This document shows, piece by piece, positions 9,175-18,464 of a stretch of DNA of 64,000 nt. The translations under genes were made by a program, and so were the position numbers. Source of the DNA: Candidatus Eiseniibacteriota bacterium (GTDB lineage Bacteria > Eisenbacteria > RBG-16-71-46); contig CAVQXP010000004.1 of assembly GCA_963717935.1 (NCBI GenBank), positions 128,001-192,000 of the forward strand. The letters run 5' to 3'. The notes under the pieces were generated by a model. The model did no database searches and was not told where the DNA came from. It saw only the letters and a list, made by a program, of their open reading frames with translations. Each line of letters begins with the position of its first letter. Positions within the stretch are counted from its first letter, which is position 1.

Positions 9175-12100
9175 CTACTTCTCTTCCGCCGGCGCGCCCG
9201 CGCCCGCTTCGCCTTCGGCCTTGGGAATCGTGAGCCCCGCGAGGTGCTGATAGACCGCGTAGCGCTGGGTCGTCTCCATCTGTGCCTGCGCCATCAACTG
9301 CTGGAACCGCTTCGGATCGAGCTTCTCGACCATGCGGAAGCGGGTCTCGTTCTTCGTGAAGTCGCTGACCCGCGCCCCCGTCGGCTGCACGTCAAGGATC
9401 AGCGGAGGCTGTCCCTCGGCGATCCGCCGTGGATCGAACCGGTAGAGCGGCCAGATGCCCGCCTCGACGGCGAGCTTCTGATGCTGGCAGCCGTCGACCA
9501 GGTCGTAGCCGTGGGCGATGCAGTGGCAGTAGGCGATGATCAGCGAGGTCCCGGGGTACGAGTCGGCTTCCATGAACGCCCGCACCGTCTGCTGGTCCCG
9601 CGCGCCGATCGCCACCCGCGCCACGTAGACGTGGCCGTAGCTCATGGCCATCATCCCGAGGTCCTTCTTGCCGAGGCCCTTGCCCGCGGTGGCGAACTTC
9701 GCCGCCGCGCCCATCGGCGTCGCCTTCGACGCCTGCCCGCCCGTGTTCGAGTAGACCTCGGTGTCGAGCACCAGGAGGTTGACGTTCCGGTTCATCGCCA
9801 GGACGTGGTCGAGGCCGCCGTAGCCGATGTCGTAGGCCCAGCCGTCTCCGCCAACCCCCCAGACGCTCTTCTTCACGAGGTAGTCGGCGATCGCCTCGAG
9901 TCGCCGAGCCTCGGGGTCGGGAAGGGACGCGAGCTTCGTCCGCAGGACCGCGACCCGCTCCCGCTGCTGGCGGATCCCCAGCTCGCCGTCCTGATTCGCC
10001 TCGATCAACGAGGTGACCAGTTCGTCGCCGAGCCTGCCGGCGAGGTTCCGCAGGAGGTCGTGCGCCAGCCGTTGCTGGGCGTCCACCGCCAGGCGGAAGC
10101 CGAGGCTGAACTCGGCGTTGTCCTCGAAGAGCGAGTTGGACCAGGCCGGTCCGCGCCCCTCGTGGTCCACCGCGTACGGCGCCGTCGGCAGGTTGCCACC
10201 GTAGATCGACGAGCAGCCGGTCGCGTTGCCGATGAGCGCCCGGTCGCCGAAGAGCTGCGTCAGGAGCTTCACGTACGGCGTCTCGCCGCAGGCCGCGCAG
10301 GCGCCCGAGTACTCGAAGAGCGGCCGGAGGAACTGCGACCGCTTGCTGTCGGCCTTGATCTTCGTCCGGTCCGGATCGGGCAGCCCGAGGAAGAACGTGT
10401 AGTTCGCCGCCTCCGCTTCCCGCAGCGGCATCTGCGGCGCCATCTCCAGCGCCTTGTGCTTCGGGTTGCTCTTGTCCTTGGCGGGACAGACCTCGACGCA
10501 TATGCCGCAGCCCGTGCAGTCCTCCGGGGCGACCTGGAGCACGTACTTCATCCCCTTGAAGTCGCCGGCCTTGTAGTCGATCGACTTGAACGTCGGCGGC
10601 GCGCCGTCGAGCAGGCCCGGGTCGCAGACCTTCGCGCGGATGGCCGCGTGGGGACAGATGAGCACGCACTTGTTGTCCTGGATGCAGACCTTCTCGTCCC
10701 AGACGGGGATCTCGATGGCGATGTTCCGCTTCTCCCACTGGCTCGTCGCCGTGGGCCAGGTGCCGTCGGGGGAGAAGGCGCTGACGGGCAGCGAGTCGCC
10801 CTGCTGCTCGATGATGACCGCCGACACCTTCTTGACGAAGTCGGGGGCCGACTCGGAAACGATCGCCGGGCGGCCGCGGGTGGCGGTGACCGCCGCCGGC
10901 ACGCGGACCTCGTGCATGTTGGCGAGCGTCTCGTCCACGGCGGCGTGGTTCTTCTGGACGACCTCCATCCCCTTCCTCGCGTAGGTCTTCTCGATCGTCT
11001 TCTTGATCTTCGCGATGGCTTCCTCGGGGGGCAGGACACCGGAGACCGCGAAGAAGCAGGTCTGCATGATGGTGTTGATGCGTCCGCCCATCCCGGTCCT
11101 CTTGGCCACCTCGATCGCGTCGATCACGTAGAACTTCAGCTTCTTCTCGATCAGGTCCCGCTGGACCTCGCGCGGCAGGTGGTTCCAGACCTCGTCCTTA
11201 CCGAAGGGCGCGTTGAGGAGGAAGATCCCGCCCGGCACCGCGTAGCCGGTCATGTCGTACCGCTCGAGGAACGAGAACTGGTGGCAGGCGACGAAGTTCG
11301 CCCGCTTGATCAGGTACGTCGAGCGGATCTTCCGGGGCCCGAAGCGCAGGTGCGAGATCGTGACCGCGCCAGCCTTCTTCGAGTCGTAGACGAAGTAGCC
11401 CTGCCCGTCGTTCTCCGTCTCCTCGGCGATGATCTTGATCGAGTTCTTGTTCGCCCCCACGGTGCCGTCGCTGCCGAGCCCGAAGAACACGCCGCGGACC
11501 ACGTCGGCCGGCTCCGTGTCGAACTCCGGGTCCACCGGCAGCGAGAGGTGCGTGACGTCGTCGACGATGCCGACGGTGAAGTGCACCCGGGGCGCCGGCT
11601 TCGCCAGATCGTCGAAGACCGCCTTGACGCAGGCCGGCGTGAATTCCTTGGAGGACAGCCCGTAGCGGCCGCCGACGACCCGCGGATCCGCCGCGAAGGG
11701 CGAGAAGCCGGCGTCCTTCGCCTCGCGCAGGGCCGCCAGCACGTCGAGGTAGAGCGGCTCCCCGACGGCGCCCGGCTCCTTCGTCCGGTCGAGCACGGCG
11801 ATCGACTTGACGCTCTTCGGCAACGCGGCGATGAACTGCCGGGTCGCGAAGGGCCGATAGAGCCGGACCTTCAGCATCCCCACCTTCTCGCCCTTCGCGA
11901 CCATCCAGTCGACCGTCTCGTGCGCCGTCTCGGCGCCCGAGCCCATCAGGATGATCACGCGCTCCGGCGCGGGATGCCCGACGTAATCGAACAGGTGGTA
12001 CGCCCTTCCGATCCGCCCGGCGAACTCGTCCATGGTCTGCTGGACGATCTCGGGGCACCGGTCGTAGAAGAGGTTGCACGCCTCGCGCGCCTGGAAGAAG

Positions 12101-12774
12101 ACGTCCGGGTTCTGCGCGGTACCGCGCAGGACGGGACGGTCCGGCGTCAGGGCACGCTCCCGGTGCTCCCTGACGAGCGCGTCGGGGATCATGAAGCGCA
12201 GGTCGTCGTCGGTCAGCAGCTCGATCTTGGCGACCTCGTGCGAGGTCCGGAAGCCGTCGAAGAAGTGCAGCAGCGGGACGCGCGAGCGCAGCGTCGCCGC
12301 CTGGCCGATCAGGGCCATGTCGTGCGCCTCCTGGACCGAGCCCGAAGCGAGGAGCGCGAAACCCGTCTGCCGGCAGGCCATCACGTCCGAGTGGTCGCCG
12401 AAGATCGAGAGCGCGTGCGTGGCCACGGTGCGGGCGGCGACGTGCATGCAGTAGCTCGACAGCTCCCCACCGATCTTGTACATGTCCGGGATCATCAGCA
12501 GCAGCCCCTGCGCCGCCGTGAACGTCGTGGTCAGCGCCCCGGCCTGCAGCGCCCCGTGGACCGCCCCCGATGCGCCCCCTTCCGACTGCATCTCGATGAC
12601 GTCCGGGATGGTGCCCCAGATGTTGCGGCGCCCGAGGGCGGACCACTCGTCGGCCCATTCCCCCATGTTCGAGGACGGGGTGATGGGGTAGATGGCGATG
12701 ACCTCGTTCGTACGGTGGGCGACCGACGCGGCCGCCTCGTTGCCGTCTATCGCGACCAACGATCTTCCTGCCAT
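9175..12774 (-). CDS. nifJ: Pyruvate:ferredoxin/flavodoxin oxidoreductase
   Basis: DGNEAAA, IYPITPSS, EMQSEGG, FFDGFRTSHE, GGRYGLSSKEF, GACAACGETPY, GGDGWAYDIG; GGAGGAG RBS before ATG 12774. Confidence 0.97.
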   Translation of the reverse strand: MAGRSLVAIDGNEAAASVAHRTNEVIAIYPITPSSNMGEWADEWSALGRRNIWGTIPDVIEMQSEGGASGAVHGALQAGALTTTFTAAQGLLLMIPDMYKIGGELSSYCMHVAARTVATHALSIFGDHSDVMACRQTGFALLASGSVQEAHDMALIGQAATLRSRVPLLHFFDGFRTSHEVAKIELLTDDDLRFMIPDALVREHRERALTPDRPVLRGTAQNPDVFFQAREACNLFYDRCPEIVQQTMDEFAGRIGRAYHLFDYVGHPAPERVIILMGSGAETAHETVDWMVAKGEKVGMLKVRLYRPFATRQFIAALPKSVKSIAVLDRTKEPGAVGEPLYLDVLAALREAKDAGFSPFAADPRVVGGRYGLSSKEFTPACVKAVFDDLAKPAPRVHFTVGIVDDVTHLSLPVDPEFDTEPADVVRGVFFGLGSDGTVGANKNSIKIIAEETENDGQGYFVYDSKKAGAVTISHLRFGPRKIRSTYLIKRANFVACHQFSFLERYDMTGYAVPGGIFLLNAPFGKDEVWNHLPREVQRDLIEKKLKFYVIDAIEVAKRTGMGGRINTIMQTCFFAVSGVLPPEEAIAKIKKTIEKTYARKGMEVVQKNHAAVDETLANMHEVRVPAAVTATRGRPAIVSESAPDFVKKVSAVIIEQQGDSLPVSAFSPDGTWPTATSQWEKRNIAIEIPVWDEKVCIQDNKCVLICPHAAIRAKVCDPGLLDGAPPTFKSIDYKAGDFKGMKYVLQVAPEDCTGCGICVEVCPAKDKSNPKHKALEMAPQMPLREAEAANYTFFLGLPDPDRTKIKADSKRSQFLRPLFEYSGACAACGETPYVKLLTQLFGDRALIGNATGCSSIYGGNLPTAPYAVDHEGRGPAWSNSLFEDNAEFSLGFRLAVDAQQRLAHDLLRNLAGRLGDELVTSLIEANQDGELGIRQQRERVAVLRTKLASLPDPEARRLEAIADYLVKKSVWGVGGDGWAYDIGYGGLDHVLAMNRNVNLLVLDTEVYSNTGGQASKATPMGAAAKFATAGKGLGKKDLGMMAMSYGHVYVARVAIGARDQQTVRAFMEADSYPGTSLIIAYCHCIAHGYDLVDGCQHQKLAVEAGIWPLYRFDPRRIAEGQPPLILDVQPTGARVSDFTKNETRFRMVEKLDPKRFQQLMAQAQMETTQRYAVYQHLAGLTIPKAEGEAGAGAPAEEK

Positions 12775-13084
12775 GAACTCCTCCTGGTGAGCCGGGGAAC
12801 CGAAGGCGCCCTTCTCAAGGGCTTGCCGCCCGGGCGCACGGCGCCCGCTCCACCCCACCCCGGGCCCGGCGTGAGACGTAGCAAGCAGCGCAGGCACCTG
12901 CGCGCGCGCGGTGCGGATCGATCGCATCCGGCCCCCCTCTCGGGCCGACGACGCTCACGATGCCGCACCTCAATGTTTTCGAGTGGACTGCGTGACCCGA
13001 ACCTGCTGTCAGGACATGCTGCTACAGCAGCAGCGCGGTTCGTCGGCCGCACGCTGCCTGCCCTGATCCGAGTTACCGACGCGT

Positions 13085-13113
13085 ACTATACAACCCGGCC
13101 CCGGTTTCGTCAC
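13085..13113 (-). promoter_or_regulatory. sigma70-type promoter for nifJ (GTGACG-N17-TATAGT)
   Basis: Near-consensus hexamers with a 17-nt spacer on the minus strand, ~300 nt upstream of nifJ. Confidence 0.55.
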
Positions 13114-13230
13114 GAGACGCCTCTTCCCGAGCCGGTAGCGCCACGATCGCCGAGCCCGGGCGTCACGACTCGATCGGGCGGGAATCGTGGATTGACGGCC
13201 CCCAGCCCGCGGCGCCGCCGCGTGGCCTGC

Positions 13231-14679
13231 TCAGGCTCGCGCGGGTCCCCGCGCCCCGGCGGCGGCGGCGCCCTCCCCCGCCCGCAACAGCCCCGGCCGC
13301 GCGATGAGCAGGACGGCCCACGCCAGCAGCAGCACCGCGCCGACGAGCACCGCGCCCGCGGGACCGATCTTCTGGCCGAGCGATCCGGAGAGGATGCTCG
13401 AGATCGGCATCATGCCCATGAACGCCAGCACGAACAGCGCCATGACGCGGCCGCGCAGGTGGCCCGGCACCGCCATCTGGATCGACGTGTTGGTCAGCGA
13501 ACTCGAGGCGAGCAGCGCCGCGCCCGCGAACGTCGAGAGCGCCAGGGTGAGGGGCAGCCAGCGCGACAGCGCGAAACCGACGAGCAGCACCGCGAGCGCC
13601 GCGAGCGTGAACGGGATGACCCGATCGCGCCGCAGCGTGGCCGGCATGCCCGCCACGGCGAGCGCGCCCACCAGCGCGCCCAGGCCGTTCGCCGCCATCA
13701 CGAACGCCACCGCCCGCGACAGGCCGTTGCCCGAGAGGCCGAGCGACGTGCTCACGATCGCCGGGAGCAAGGTCAGGTAGGGGAACGCGCAGATGGTCAT
13801 GACGGCGGTGCTGAGGATGAGCAGGCCGACGACGCGATCCTCGCGCGCATAGCGCAGACCGGCGGTCAGCATGCGCCAGGAGCCTTCCCGCCAGCCCGGC
13901 GGGCGGGCGCGGTCGGCGGCCCCGGCCGCGGCGTGGGGCCCTCCGGGATCGGAGGCGGAGCGCAGCCGGATCGCCCGGAGCGCCGCGATGACGAAGAGGA
14001 AGCTCGCCGCGTTCACGTAGAAGACCTCGCCCATGCCCGCGCCCGCGAGCACGAGAGCCGCGGCCGCGAGCGGCCCGAGCAGGCGCGCGGACTGGAACTG
14101 CACCGAGCTGAGGGCGATGCCGTTCATGAGCAGCCGCCGCGGCACGAGGTCGGGCAGCATGGACTGGAACGCCGGCGCCATGCACGCCATGAAGATGCCG
14201 CCCACGAATCCGAGCAGCGAGATGCGGACCAGCGAGCCGACCGGATCGCTGGAACCCAGCAGGCCCGCGTTGTAGAGGACACCGAGTGCGGCCGCCTGCA
14301 GGAGGAGCACGACCTGGATCAGGATCAGCAGCTTGCGGCGGTCCACGCGGTCGGCGATCGCGCCGGCGGGCAGGGCGAGGAAGAGCACCGGGATGCCCGC
14401 GAGGAAGTTGACGAGACCGAGATCGAACGACGACTTGCGGAAGTTGAAGACGACGATCCCGAGCGCGTACATCTGCATCCACGTGCCGATGTTGCTCACC
14501 AGCGCGCCGAGCCAGAAGAGCGTGAAGTCGCGGTACTGGAACGACTCGAAGGTCCCGCGCTGCCGGCCCACGGTCTGCGGCGGGGCCTCGACGTCGGCCT
14601 CCAGCGTCAGGGTCTGCTCTTCGGCGGACCCGGCCCAGACCGGAGCGTCCACCCCGGCGGGCTTCCTCTCGTCCGTCAT
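13231..14679 (-). CDS. MFS transporter (MFS_3-like)
   Basis: YRDFTLFWLGALVSNIGTWMQ, GAIADRVDRRKLL, LRGRVMALF; about 12 TM segments. Confidence 0.92.
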   Translation of the reverse strand: MTDERKPAGVDAPVWAGSAEEQTLTLEADVEAPPQTVGRQRGTFESFQYRDFTLFWLGALVSNIGTWMQMYALGIVVFNFRKSSFDLGLVNFLAGIPVLFLALPAGAIADRVDRRKLLILIQVVLLLQAAALGVLYNAGLLGSSDPVGSLVRISLLGFVGGIFMACMAPAFQSMLPDLVPRRLLMNGIALSSVQFQSARLLGPLAAAALVLAGAGMGEVFYVNAASFLFVIAALRAIRLRSASDPGGPHAAAGAADRARPPGWREGSWRMLTAGLRYAREDRVVGLLILSTAVMTICAFPYLTLLPAIVSTSLGLSGNGLSRAVAFVMAANGLGALVGALAVAGMPATLRRDRVIPFTLAALAVLLVGFALSRWLPLTLALSTFAGAALLASSSLTNTSIQMAVPGHLRGRVMALFVLAFMGMMPISSILSGSLGQKIGPAGAVLVGAVLLLAWAVLLIARPGLLRAGEGAAAAGARGPARA

Positions 14680-14713
14680 GCGATCAGGCGCGGCCCGTGC
14701 ACCGCGGCTCCGC

Positions 14714-15439
14714 TCAGGTCGAGAACCCGAGCAGCCCGGGGTCCGGCATCATCCCGGGGCTCCAGGCATCGGGCAGGATCTCGACCTCGCAGGGTTGGTC
14801 CACCACGCTCATCGCCGCCTGCTTCACGTCCTGCGTGAGCTGGGGCGCGTACGGACAGAAGGGTGTCGTCAACAGCATCCGGACGAGCGTGCGCCCCGGC
14901 TCGATCACGATCTCGCGGATGAGTCCGAGGTCCACGACCGAGAGCTGGATCTCGGGGTCCATCACGGTCTCGAGCGCCGCGCGCACGGCGAACTCCTGCT
15001 GCGTGGGCGCGCGCGTCGTCCCCGGCGTGCCGGCCGTCGTCGCGGCCGGCGCCACCGAACGCCGCACGGACGGCTGCCCGGCGGGCGGGTTCGCGGCCTC
15101 GGCCGCCGCCTGCCTCTCGTCGCAGGTCTCGCACGCCACCTGGATCTGGTCCCCGATCACGCGCACGGCGTGGCGCGGCACCGCGCCCGTCGCCGGCAGC
15201 GCGAGCGCCGCGCCGGTGCGGATGTCGAAGCGCGCCCCGTGGCGTGCGCACTCGATGACGTGGCCGTCGAGCACGCCGTCCGACAACTCGCCGCCGTCGT
15301 GGGTGCAGAGGTCCGCGAGCGCGTAGTACTGCCCGCCGACGTGGAACACCGCGACCGGGTCGTCGTCCACGCGCACGACCTTCACCCCGCCCTCGGGGAT
15401 CTCCCCCACCTTCGCCACCGTCATGAACCGGTCACTCAC
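14714..15439 (-). CDS. Rieske ferredoxin fused to SufT/DUF59 Fe-S assembly domain
   Basis: Rieske CTH...CARH, Ala/Pro linker, then VMDPEIQLSVVDLGLI...LTTPFCP; GTG start overlaps the sufU stop. Confidence 0.88.
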   Translation of the reverse strand: MSDRFMTVAKVGEIPEGGVKVVRVDDDPVAVFHVGGQYYALADLCTHDGGELSDGVLDGHVIECARHGARFDIRTGAALALPATGAVPRHAVRVIGDQIQVACETCDERQAAAEAANPPAGQPSVRRSVAPAATTAGTPGTTRAPTQQEFAVRAALETVMDPEIQLSVVDLGLIREIVIEPGRTLVRMLLTTPFCPYAPQLTQDVKQAAMSVVDQPCEVEILPDAWSPGMMPDPGLLGFST

Positions 15440-15843
15440 GCCGTCTCCTCCTCCTCGCCGGGCCACTGGGTGATGCCGTAGGCGCCCGCCTTCAGGGTCT
15501 TGAGGGCCAGCAGCGCGCACTTGAGGCGCACCGGCCCGAGCTCGATGCCCAGCAGTTCGAGCACGTCCTCGCGCGTGAGCGCCTTGACCTCCTCGAGCGG
15601 GCGGCCCTCCATGCGCTCGCACAGCATCGAGGCCGCGGCCTGGCTGATCGAGCAGCCGTGCCCGGAGTGGCGGATCTGCTCGATCTTCCCGTCCTTCAGG
15701 GCGATGTCGATGCGCAGCTGGTCGCCGCAGAGCGGGTTCGCGTCCTCGTAGGTGATGTCGGGATGCTCGAGCGTCCCGCGGTTCCGCGGGTGCTTGTAGT
15801 GGTCGAGGATGTTCTCGCGGTACAGTTCGTCCCATTCGCCCAT
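15436..15843 (-). CDS. sufU: SUF system NifU-family sulfur transfer protein
   Basis: LYRENILDHYKHPRN, NPLCGD, GCSISQA, RLKCALL. Confidence 0.93.
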   Translation of the reverse strand: MGEWDELYRENILDHYKHPRNRGTLEHPDITYEDANPLCGDQLRIDIALKDGKIEQIRHSGHGCSISQAAASMLCERMEGRPLEEVKALTREDVLELLGIELGPVRLKCALLALKTLKAGAYGITQWPGEEEETA

Positions 15844-17117
15844 CAGCCGAACACCCTGCGCGCGTGGTGGAGCCCCTCGACCAGGGCGTCCACGTCCTGT
15901 GGCACGCTGTAGCAGTGGAACGAGGCGCGCGCCGAGGCGTGCACGCCCAGACGTTCGTGCAGCGGCATGGCGCAGTGGTGGCCGGCGCGCACCGCGACGC
16001 CGCGGTGGTCGAGCACCGTGGCCACGTCGTGCGGATGGATCTCGCCGAGCTCGAACGCCACGACCCCGCCGCGCTTCTCCGCCGGAGGCCCGAGGATGCG
16101 GAGGTCGGGCACCTCGCGCATGCGCTCGAGCGCGTAGGCCGCCAGCTCACGGTCGTGCTCGAAGATCTGCTCCATCCCCAGCTCCTCGCAGAACGCCACC
16201 GCCGCGCGCAGGCCGACCGCCTCGGCGATGGGCATCGTGCCGGCCTCGAACTTCCAGGGCAGCTCGTTCCACTTCGAGCCCTCGAGCTTCACCTCGCGGA
16301 TCATCTCGCCGCCACCCAGGAAGGGCGGCATGGCCTCGAGCAGTTCGCGCCGCGCCCAGAGCGCCCCGATGCCCGTGGGCCCGAGCATCTTGTGCCCGGT
16401 GAGCGCCAGGAAGTCGCAGCCCAGCGCCTTCACGTCCACCGGCATGTGCGGCACGCTCTGCGAGGCGTCCACCAGCGTGAGCGCGCCCGCGGCGCGGGCC
16501 TGTCGGGCGATCTCCTCGACCGGGTTCACCGTGCCGAGCACGTTCGAGATGTGCACCACGCCGACCAGCCGCACACGGCCGTCGGCCAGCAGGCCGGGCA
16601 GCGCCTCGAGCTCCAGCTCGCCCGAGTCCGTGACCGGGATGAAGCGCAGTTCGATCCCGCGCTCCGCGGCCAGGACGTGCCACGGCACCAGGTTCGAGTG
16701 GTGCTCCATCACCGTGAGCAAGACCGCGTCGCCCCGCTTCAGCGCCGAGCGCCCCCAGGCGTAGGCCACCAGGTTGATGGCCTCGGTGCTGTTGCGCGTG
16801 AAGATCACCTCGCGAGCCGGCGCGCCGATGAAGCGCGCGAGCCGCGCGCGGGCGTCCTCGTAGGCGGCGGTCGCCTCCTCGGCGATCGCGTAGATGCCAC
16901 GGTGGATGTTGGCGTTGTAGCGGCGGTAGTAGTCGTCCATCGCCGCGAGCACGCTCTCGGGCTTCTGGGAGGTGGCGGCGCTGTCCAGGTAGACGAGCGG
17001 CGGTTCGCGCCGGGCGGTGAGCAGCGGGAAGCGCCCGCGCACCTCGCGCGGATCGAAGCGTCTGCGGCTCGTGGCCGGAGCGGTCGTGGTCCCGGCCGGC
17101 GGTGTCGACACGGTCAC
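15843..17117 (-). CDS. sufS: Cysteine desulfurase
   Basis: YLDSAATSQKP, EHHSN, GHKMLGPTGIG, RAGHHCA. Confidence 0.96.
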   Translation of the reverse strand: MTVSTPPAGTTTAPATSRRRFDPREVRGRFPLLTARREPPLVYLDSAATSQKPESVLAAMDDYYRRYNANIHRGIYAIAEEATAAYEDARARLARFIGAPAREVIFTRNSTEAINLVAYAWGRSALKRGDAVLLTVMEHHSNLVPWHVLAAERGIELRFIPVTDSGELELEALPGLLADGRVRLVGVVHISNVLGTVNPVEEIARQARAAGALTLVDASQSVPHMPVDVKALGCDFLALTGHKMLGPTGIGALWARRELLEAMPPFLGGGEMIREVKLEGSKWNELPWKFEAGTMPIAEAVGLRAAVAFCEELGMEQIFEHDRELAAYALERMREVPDLRILGPPAEKRGGVVAFELGEIHPHDVATVLDHRGVAVRAGHHCAMPLHERLGVHASARASFHCYSVPQDVDALVEGLHHARRVFG

Positions 17118-18464
17118 CTATCCGATCTTGGCCTGGATCACCCCGCGCAGTCGCTCGCGCACGCTCTCGAGCGGGATGCGGTCCAGGACCGGTGCGAAGA
17201 ACCCTTCGACGACGAGGCGCTGGGCGTCGTTGCGGGGCAGCCCGCGCGTCATGAGGTAGTACATCTGCTCGGCGTCCACCGTACCGACGGTCGCCCCGTG
17301 CGTGCAACGCACGTCGTTGGCCAGGATCTCCAGGCCCGGGATGCTGTCCGCGCGCGCCGTCCCCGACAGCAGCAGGTTGCGGTTGGCCTGGTAGGCGTCG
17401 GTGCGCTGCGCTCCGGCCGCCACCTGGATCATGCCCTGGTAGACGCTGCGGGACCGGTCCTTGAGCGCGCTCCGGATGTGCAGGTCGCTGGTGGTCTGCT
17501 CGGCCAGGTGCTTCTGCAGGGTGTGCAGGTCGAAGTGCTGGCGCTGGTCGCCGAACATGAAGCCGTGCACGTAGGCCTTCGCTCCCGCTCCCACGAGCTG
17601 GAAGTAGGAGTTGGTCTTGGTCATCCTGCCACCCAGGAAGGTCTGGATCCACTGCAGCTCGCCGCCGCGCTCGATGCGCGCGCGCTGGTTCGAGTAGTGG
17701 AAGACGTTCCGGCCCCAGTCCTGGAGATGGCCGTAGACCAGCTTCGCGTCCTCGCCGACGAACACCTCCGTGCCGCCGCTGAAGAACGCGGGGCCCTCCG
17801 CCGTCTCGGAGAGGCACTCCTCGAGCACCGTGGCGCTCGCGCCGCGGCCCAGCACGATGACCGTCGCCGGCGCACCGGCGACGCCCGCGCCGTCCAGCCA
17901 CTGGACGAGGCGGATCGGCAGCCCGGCCCGGACGCCGTCCGGCACCCAGACGAACGCGCCGCCCGCGCGCATCGCCTGGTGCAGCGCGGCGTAGCGGTCG
18001 AGGTCGGTCTCGATGAGCGCATGGAGCCGGCCCTGGAGCTTGTCGGCGTGCTCGCGCAGCGCGCGCTCCATCGAGCAGACGATCACGCCCTGCTTCGCCA
18101 GCGCCGGGTGCGTCCGTTCCAGCACCACCTCGCTGTTGCGCTGGACCAGCAGACCGAGGTTCGACGCCTCCCCCGCCAGACGCGCGATCACGGCGGGCGG
18201 CAGGTCGTCCACGTCGCGGGCCTTCAAGCCCGGCGCGAACGGGTCCAGCTCACCCAGCGTGAGCGCGCCGAAATCGGTGCGCCGCCACAGTTCGAGCCGC
18301 CGGTCCGGGAACGCCAGCCGCGCCGCGATCCCGGCCGCCGCCCGCCGCTGCTCCAGAGCCCAGTCCGGCTCGTTCGCGCGCACGGCGCGCTCCAGCGCCA
18401 GCGCGGGCCAGGCGTCGAACCCGCCCTCCACCGGCCTCGTCGGGGTCCGCGTGTCGGCCGTCAT
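17118..18464 (-). CDS. sufD: Fe-S cluster assembly protein SufD
   Basis: WRRTD, TDAYQANRNLLLS, PGLEILANDVRCTHGATVG. Confidence 0.94.
   Translation of the reverse strand: MTADTRTPTRPVEGGFDAWPALALERAVRANEPDWALEQRRAAAGIAARLAFPDRRLELWRRTDFGALTLGELDPFAPGLKARDVDDLPPAVIARLAGEASNLGLLVQRNSEVVLERTHPALAKQGVIVCSMERALREHADKLQGRLHALIETDLDRYAALHQAMRAGGAFVWVPDGVRAGLPIRLVQWLDGAGVAGAPATVIVLGRGASATVLEECLSETAEGPAFFSGGTEVFVGEDAKLVYGHLQDWGRNVFHYSNQRARIERGGELQWIQTFLGGRMTKTNSYFQLVGAGAKAYVHGFMFGDQRQHFDLHTLQKHLAEQTTSDLHIRSALKDRSRSVYQGMIQVAAGAQRTDAYQANRNLLLSGTARADSIPGLEILANDVRCTHGATVGTVDAEQMYYLMTRGLPRNDAQRLVVEGFFAPVLDRIPLESVRERLRGVIQAKIG

Noticed and set aside
9244..14838. 1864-aa plus-strand ORF and similar long antisense ORFs (15864-18611, 47636-50443, 57536-60043)
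   Set aside because: Antisense shadows of well-supported genes; high GC suppresses stop codons and the translations have no motifs.
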